Assembly: GCF_001194135.2 (NCBI RefSeq)
Contig: NC_068991.1
Span: 34,536,392 to 34,576,911, forward strand
Length of the DNA stretch: 40,520 bases
Direction: 5' to 3'
Source: Octopus bimaculoides
Lineage: Eukaryota
Notes under the pieces: generated by a model
Databases searched by the model: none
Seen by the model: the letters and a program-made list of their open reading frames with translations, nothing else
Told to the model about the DNA's origin: nothing
Translations under genes and position numbers: made by a program
Part shown: positions 33,149 to 40,520 of the stretch, piece after piece
Layout: every line of letters begins with the position of its first letter
Position numbering within the stretch: the first letter of the stretch is position 1

Positions 33149-35336
33149 CTGAAAATAATAAAATTGCTTATAATTAATATTAATGATGTGTAGGGATACC
33201 ATATTTCATTATGCAACCATAATCTGCTACAAAGTATATTAAATGTTTTTAAAGTTTATACTGCATTCTATTGTGTTAGCATTGCTATTACATCACTTGT
33301 CAAGTTATCTCTACAGATTTTCTATAGAAATTATAGCCAGCACTGATTTTGTCATGATGTTTTGTATCCAAAATATCTGATATAAGCAACAACAAGATTG
33401 AAGATGAAAAATGGGTAATGGGCATATATATCATATTTCAGGAGTTTTGCTCCTTCATCAGCACACATCCAACTCATTAATCATCCACAAACTCATTGCT
33501 TACATAGCCACTAAATATAGCAGTGTAACATTATTGGATATATCAATTTTATATATTAAACACATTCCTGGAAGTTGGTACATGAATGTTCATGACTGTA
33601 AAATTGAAAATAATTCTAACTGCATTCAAGCTACTGAGATACTGTAATTTTGATGAAATAATAGCAAAATCACTTCTAACAAAAAAAAACAAAACAAAAA
33701 AAAAACAACTAACTAAACTTAACCAAGAGAAAGATTTAGATAGGGCCAAATGTTGTTGCCATTTGAACCCCAAGTCAGCATGTCTACAGGCAACATAAGA
33801 GAGCAAGGTGAAAATAAAAGTAATGAAAATGAATGCTGTTGAAAACTATTTTATGCTGTTAATTTGGTTCTTATTGCAGAATCTCTCGAGTTGTGGAAGA
33901 AACCTGAAATTTCATAGAATCAGATAAAGTAAAAAAAAAATGAACAAAACAAAAAGAACTTCTGGCTGTAGTAAGAGAATATAAAAGGCTAGCAGCTATT
34001 GGAATGTTGCTCTGCTCACTCTACTAGCAGAAAGTGAAGAGAAGCATTGTGTAGCTAGTACAAACAAGGAGCACACAAAAATTATAGCAGGAATTTGCAA
34101 ATACATAGGAATAGCTGGTGGCAGATACAATCATAGACTGATGATCAAAATGTGCTTAAATAATTTGTGGAAAGGAAAAGATAAATTGTTACCTAAGTGA
34201 TATAAAAAGTGCTAGTGATGGTTCTATTGAAATATTATGACATTTTATTTTTTCACACTGGCTCTGCTAGGAAGCAATGTAAAAATGCAATACAAGATTA
34301 TGCAACACTAAGGTATATGCAGCAAATGCACAAGAATTGCAACACCTGGAATGGAATAAGTAATATATGGTCCATTAGAAGTAGTGGATCATTCATTAAA
34401 TGTTAATTCACAAGAAATACTGAGTATATAAACAATTTTAACCAATAAAAAAATAATCCTAATTTTATCATTGTCAATCCAATTGTACCTGAGATGTGTG
34501 CCATGAGATGAAGTGAAGGGTGCTTCCTAGAATATAGTTTTTAGATAGCATGTTTAGTTGGAAGGAAAAGAAATCAGAAGTATCTGAGAATGTATGTAAG
34601 GCTGAAAAGAAAATGAAATTTCTAACCTCTACTCTTCTAAAAACGGTTTTGATAGGGCAACTGCTCCTAATTACAACAAAGCCATGGCAAGACAGTGGCT
34701 TCAAAGGAAAGGCTTCATAAGCTCTAATAGGCATCCTGTGAAGATACGTTACAGCTGTAGAGCCAACATGAAAATAATCATCTCAAGGAAGCCACCAGAC
34801 AGACTGTTCCACACTGATACATGTACTATACCTGTTTAAATTTTCAACTCACAGCATTCTTTCTAGTGTGTTCAACAGAACACAAACTTATAAGCAACAT
34901 TCCCAACAAGAAGCCTTTATAGACATTTTCAGGACTGATTTAACATTTTAAAAGAAATCTTGTAGACAAAACTGGAAACCGAATAACTTAAATATCTATA
35001 ACATGAACCTCAAGTTGGTGTCTAAACTAGCAAGTTAAAGATATAAAACATATCAAGATTTTTGAAAATATATTGAGTGGTTTCAATAACTGAACCTCTT
35101 TACAGACAACACTATATAAACACACACACACATACACACAGGTTGGAATATAATTCTGAAAGGAATTACAATAATCCTCTAAGGATCAGGTGTTTAAACC
35201 CAATTATATAAATGTTTACATCACATAATGTATTAAATTTTGCTTGTGAAATGTGTAAGATGTATGTAACTGATGATGATGTGATATAAAACAAACTTTT
35301 ATTTTGCTCTTATATTTGAGTGTGTATGTACATGTG

Positions 35337-35372
<36 letters not shown>

Positions 35373-35825
35373 ATTTTCTCTAAAATCTCTCTAATCATGG
35401 AAAGCAATCGCATGAAAACTGAATTTCAAAATTAACCTTTCATTCCAAGTGAGAAACTCTCATTAGTAGTTAAGTTTGTATCAACAGAAACATCCAAACT
35501 CTGGGCCATAAATGCACTGCATTTTGACTCTGCATATTCTAGTTGCATACTATCTCCACTCAGGTTCACCTGACTCCAACTCATCACTCTTATGGTATAT
35601 ATACACCATCACCCACTAACTGCAGAATTTAGGGAATTAAAAGTTTTCTCTGCAGATGCCATCAATCACTAATCTCATTCATATCAAATGGTTTGAAAAT
35701 GTCATTAGCACTGCCCCTCTTGGATAAATCAAGATAATCACACTTGTGGATGGCATACAAATAAGGAGAAGAAAGATTAGAAAATAAAGAGAGCAGAAAA
35801 GGATAAGAGTTTGCCTACTTTTTAG

Positions 35826-36230
35826 GCACAGGAGTGGCTGTGTGGTAAGAAGCTTGCTTCCCAATCACATAGTTCTGGGTTCAGTCCCACTGCATGGCAC
35901 CTTGGGCAAATGTCTTCTATTATAGCCTTGAGCTGACCAACGCCTTGTGAGTGGATTTGTTAGACAGAAACTGAAAGAAGCCTGTCATATATATGTATGT
36001 GTGTGAGTGTGTGTGTATTTGTGCGTCTGTGTTTGTCCTCCCACCACTGCTTGACACCAATGTTGGTGTGTTTACATCCCTGTAACTTAGCAGTTCAGCA
36101 AAAGTGACCGATTAAACAAGTACTAAGCTTACAAAGAATAAATCCTGGGGTCGATTTGTTCAACTAAAGACTGTGCAACTAAAGACTGGAGCATGGCCAC
36201 AGTCAAATGACTGAAACAAGTAAAAGAATA
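35826..36230 (+). mobile_element. Full-length tRNA-derived SINE with internal (TA)/(TG) microsatellite
   Basis: Head AGGAGTGGCTGTGTGGTAAGAAGCTTGCTTCCCAATCACATAGTTCTGGGTTCAGTCCCACTG (A/B boxes); tail GACTGAAACAAGTAAAAGAATA. An isolated head of this family lies on the minus strand at ~24800-24850. Confidence 0.8.
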
Positions 36231-36564
36231 GAAGTCAACCCCTACCCCCTCAAGAAAAAGACAAACTAGCAGCATAAAAGGGTATAAAAATAAAGGAATG
36301 TGTGTGTAGATACACTGTCAACATCCTGTGCCACCTCTGCAAAGAACTAGCAATAAGAAGCATTGTAAATTCAACATTGACCAATCTACTAATTTTACTA
36401 AATCTAACATTCCATGTGGCCTGATCATTAATTTGGGAAATATGTCAATTAGCATGAGTAGAAGTGCACAAACTTTATTTTATTTGAAATCTTTTTGTTC
36501 TATAGTAGCAAGGCTTAGATAATCCACATCAATGCTTGATATTATGTTCTTTTACAATTGGTTT

Positions 36565-36720
36565 GGTCATCATCATCATCATTTGACATCCACCTTCCAT
36601 GCTGGCATGAGCGGAACGGTTTGACAGGAGCCAGCCAGGCAGGAGCCAGCCAGGCAGAAGCCTGCACCAGACTTCTGTGACTGTTTTGGCAGGATTTTCC
36701 AGAAAAAAATTTGAATGGCT
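36565..36720 (-). mobile_element. SINE/RTE-type tail copy
   Basis: CATCATCATCATTTGACATCCACCTTCCATGCTGGCATG..., with an internal duplication of AGGAGCCAGCCAGGC. Confidence 0.65.
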
Positions 36721-39700
36721 AATTGCAAGAGCGTAGACTTTCTCTGCTGACAGCATTTACATTCAAAGTTAATTCTGAGAACTAATATACCAATAGCCAC
36801 TCTTTTAAAACACTAAAATATGGCTATAGAGCTTTTATTATGTTGGAGAAGCTTTGTAAAAAAGAGAGTCCTCAAGTATAGATAGCTGTGCATCAAAACT
36901 CAAGATTAGCCATTAAAACATTTAGCTACATCTCATCTATGAACAAACATTACATTAAAAAAATTTTCAGCATAAAATTTTTAGTAGGGCAGACCGAGTT
37001 GAATGTGTCTATTAACAACAACTCTGCTTGGCCATTTCGAGTAAAAATAAGTTTTTTAAAATAAACTTTCCCAATGGTGAATATGTGACTACTGTAACTA
37101 TGAGAAACAAATAACTTTATGGGTGTCATAGGTAAAGTGAGCTTCAGAAAAATATATCAGCTATAGTTGTTGAGATATCTGTTTTGTTTTACATCTTGAA
37201 AGTGTTTATAAAGAAATGCACAACCAGCTCCACATATGTATAAAAGACAGCAGAATGTACCACACAGACAATAGACAATGATGGAGGAAGTGCAATGAAA
37301 GTGGTTAATTATAAATTTGTCTTTAGTATGAGCTATAACAATGAAATATATGGATACTTAGAACATCTGAACATCATCTGTTGTGCAAAAACTTCCTTAT
37401 TAACAAAGTAGTTTTACTGATTTTTATGTTTTTCAAAAGAGAATAGGTTGTTGGATCCAACTGAAGTTGTCTGAAATTGTGAAAAATGATTTGTTTGAGA
37501 CACAAAATAGACAAGTGGACATTAAAGGATAAAAATTTTGTCATATGACTTACAAGTGTGGTTGGAGCATTTGGTTTCAGATGATATTTTGAGTCTGCTG
37601 AAAGCTTTGTCAAAAGTAGGGATGGGACAGTTTTGATCAGAAACAAAAGTGCATAATTCCTCAGATTTTAAAGAAAAAGTCACTGCATTGGCAATAAACG
37701 TGTAAGATGCAAAGAAGAATGGAAGTGAGTGCATGTGTCTGAGTTTGAAGAAATAATTGATGTAGAGTTGACCAAAATAATCTAAGTGAATTCTAAGATG
37801 AAGTATAAGTTAAAGATGGAAAAAATGTAAACTGAAAGAGCTTTTCTAGTGAGAGACGTGCTGCAAATGTAACCAGCAACAAAATTAAGGGATAAATGGA
37901 TAGAAACTGATTTTCAATGATGTTAGGTAGCAAGAAATTTTGTAGTAAAAATTAGTGTAAAAAAGGGTCTGTGTAACAGATAACTACAAAATGTTCTGAC
38001 TATAGAGTTTCCTCAGGAATGGATTTGATAATGATGATGCTATGCTGTAATTTCCTATGTTATCACTGCATTTTTTAAATGAAACTTTGGAAAGTATAAA
38101 GACCTCTTTTAGGGTTTCAATTCCATTTATTGTTCTTTTACTGAGCAAATTCATTGTTAACATAGAGTTGTGTTGTGGAAATAAGCAGGGGACTGCACAC
38201 AATATCATATTTTACTTTAAACTTGTCTTGCATCACAGATGAAAAGTTAACATATTTGCTGAGGATAGATTTTTCAGCAACTATAAGAGGCAATTTAGAA
38301 AGTTATAAGAGTCTGCAATTTAGTAGATTCAAGCAACAAAACCCAGCCCTACCTGGTTTCATCAATACCTTAAAAAAAAAAACACACACACACACACATG
38401 AATTCATATTTTGGGTACATTGAAAAAGATTCCAACAATCATCGATTGGTCTAGGAATGTTGATTTGCTCAGAACTGCTGAATCCAAACATTTCCTTTTT
38501 TAGGAAATATCAGAAAATGTCATATAACTTATGATCTCATGGGAAATATGTGTTGCTATGCAAAATTTCAGTTACCTAGTTGCAAAACTATAGCTATCAA
38601 CTTGGACATACATATACACATTCATTATTATACCTCAAAATATTTAGTAATAGATGGAATGTATTAGGCAGGAAGGATTAACTGCATATAAATGTATGTT
38701 GAAGATAACGTTGCGAGTAAACTGTTTGTTCTCAATTCCCATTATCACACTGTGAACATACTTCTTGCCCTCATTCCTTTATAATCCCTTTAAAATGTTT
38801 GCCTTTCTGTTCCCCTCCCTGAGTCTCATTTGATATTCAGTTTCCTTTTTCATAAATTCAGTCAGGATAGAAAGAGCTTAAGCCTCTATAGATCAATTTC
38901 TGAAGAAAATATGTGGTCAAAGAAGGAATTCCGAATGACTGAAGTTTTAGAAAGTTAAGGTTGGATGAAGTATTTCATGCTACATGTGGGAGGATAGACA
39001 TAGCAAATGTAATAGCAGGAAAAGACAGGTTGATCAAGTAGACCTATGTGGAAAAGCATACAGCCAGCTTTTAAGAAGAGAAATTTCTATTGCAGTAGCA
39101 ATAAGAAAAACCAAAAGGAGGAAAACATTCACCTGCAAGATAGTAGATGGATTCCCTTCTTTTCAATAGGTTTAGAACATCCCAATGTGCATAGGAGTAT
39201 CTAATCTTGGTCTTATTTGAGCTTTGTAGGGGGTTAGAAAGTAATCGTAAAGCACTGCTTGGATCCATGATTCTGTTTTGTAACCTCTCAACACTCATCC
39301 TTATATATACAAAATTTTTATACATTTCACAGGCAATGAGAAGGTTACTTACCTAAAATGTCAATCTCTACATTTTACAGTAAAGCAACATACACTATTT
39401 CAGTTAATTTCAAACCAATACTTGAAAGTGCAGTCTGTCTTCATGGATTACCAATGTTAATGACTTCTTTATATATTTGTAATTTAATAAAATTATATTA
39501 GGCATTAAATGTTTTGTATTTTCTAATTTCATTTTTCTTCAAATCAACAAGTTCAAATATCACTCACAAACAAGAGGAAGATCAAGGCAGTCCAATTTCT
39601 CAATCTGTAATATCGGATAATTTTGAATAAAAGCATATTTAAATGCAATATTTTGAGTGAATTTATTAAATATAATAGACATAAATGGTAGTAAAAGGAA

Positions 39701-40331
39701 AAATGCAATTGGTACTGCAGCAATAAAATGTGTGTGTTGACACATGCATTTTATGTTTAGGATGATACTGTAGCTTGCAGGATAAAAAATTTTTTTTTAA
39801 GAATATGGAAACTACAAAGGTGAAAACTGATGCACTGAAAACATATTCTAGTAATTATTCTTGACATTTGTCAATTACTAAATGTTCTATTTCAGTTCTG
39901 ATTCCAAGTGAGGTTTCAGTTTATGGAAGAATATTAATACAAAGTCTAGTAACAAATAAAAATTTAAGAAAAAAAAAAATGTAATCTTAATATAAAACAT
40001 AGCTAGTTGATAAGTTCAAACTTGATTCTAACTGAGGTGACTCTTGCTGGAAATCAATAAAATGTAAGAAAAACCAACAGTATACTATTAACCTTTTTGT
40101 TAGTGTATTTCGAACCAAAATACACCCCTTATGTGTTTCAATTAAATTCTAAAATAATCATGCATTTAGACTGGTTTCATAAAACAACTCAAACCAAATC
40201 TGTGGGCTAAAACCAAATTTGCTTTCATAATTCTTTTCTAAAAACAAATCTAATTACAGGTAAATCCAACAAAATACATTTAAATTTTGTTTACACTACA
40301 GCATAGAAAATGAGTTATTAGCAAGTATTCA

Positions 40332-40520
40332 ATCATCATCATCATCATCATCGTTTAACGTCCGCTTTCCATGCTAGCATGGGTTGGACGATTTGACTGA
40401 GGACTGGTGAAACCGGATGGCAACACCAGGCTCCAGTCTGATTTGGCAGAGTTTCTACAGCTGGATGCCCTTCCTAACGCCAACCACTCAGAGAGTGTAG
40501 TGGGTGCTTTTACGTGTCAC
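40332..40520 (-). mobile_element. SINE/RTE-type tail copy, runs off the window edge
   Basis: (CAT)n CGTTTAACGTCCGCTTTCCATGCTAGCATGGGTTGGACG...GGATGCCCTTCCTAACGCCAACCACTC is the reverse complement of 16980-17140. Confidence 0.8.

Noticed and set aside
33400-35650. Several hydrophobic exon-like stretches on the minus strand (about 34000-34130, 34760-34835, 35440-35600)
   Set aside because: In-frame stops next to candidate splice sites, no OTUB1 motifs (no GDGNC or YLRLLTS segments found), and T-rich DNA naturally translates as hydrophobic residues.

Overview
AT-rich animal genomic DNA with six N-gaps and many (TA)n/(CA)n microsatellites. The SINE families look cephalopod/octopus-like (recognition, not proof). 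The only clearly recognisable host coding sequence is the last coding exon of an otubain gene (OTUB1-like, minus strand, 32954-33148). Nearly everything else is decayed transposable elements: SINEs, MITEs/foldbacks, a solo LTR, and CR1, RTE and R4/Dong-type LINE fragments. The standout is a nested structure at about 4330-16740. A minus-strand Tx1-type LINE is split by a plus-strand Gypsy element (5701-13584; ACTGG target duplication, tRNA-Ser-type PBS, PPT). Each apparent 1.9-kb LTR is a ~230-bp LTR interrupted at the same site, just downstream of the TATA box, by a ~1.65-kb element. These inserts encode only a Tx1-type ORF1 (RRM-like region, CCHC knuckle, C-terminal domain), share a 3' UTR motif with the host LINE, end in AATAAA(A)GAGATA and are flanked by 13-bp direct repeats. 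The two inserts are far more diverged than the LTR ends, so they look like independent hits by an LTR-targeting, ORF1-only 'half-LINE' family. All alignments were made by eye and no database search was possible. Most short ORFs in the supplied track are spurious.
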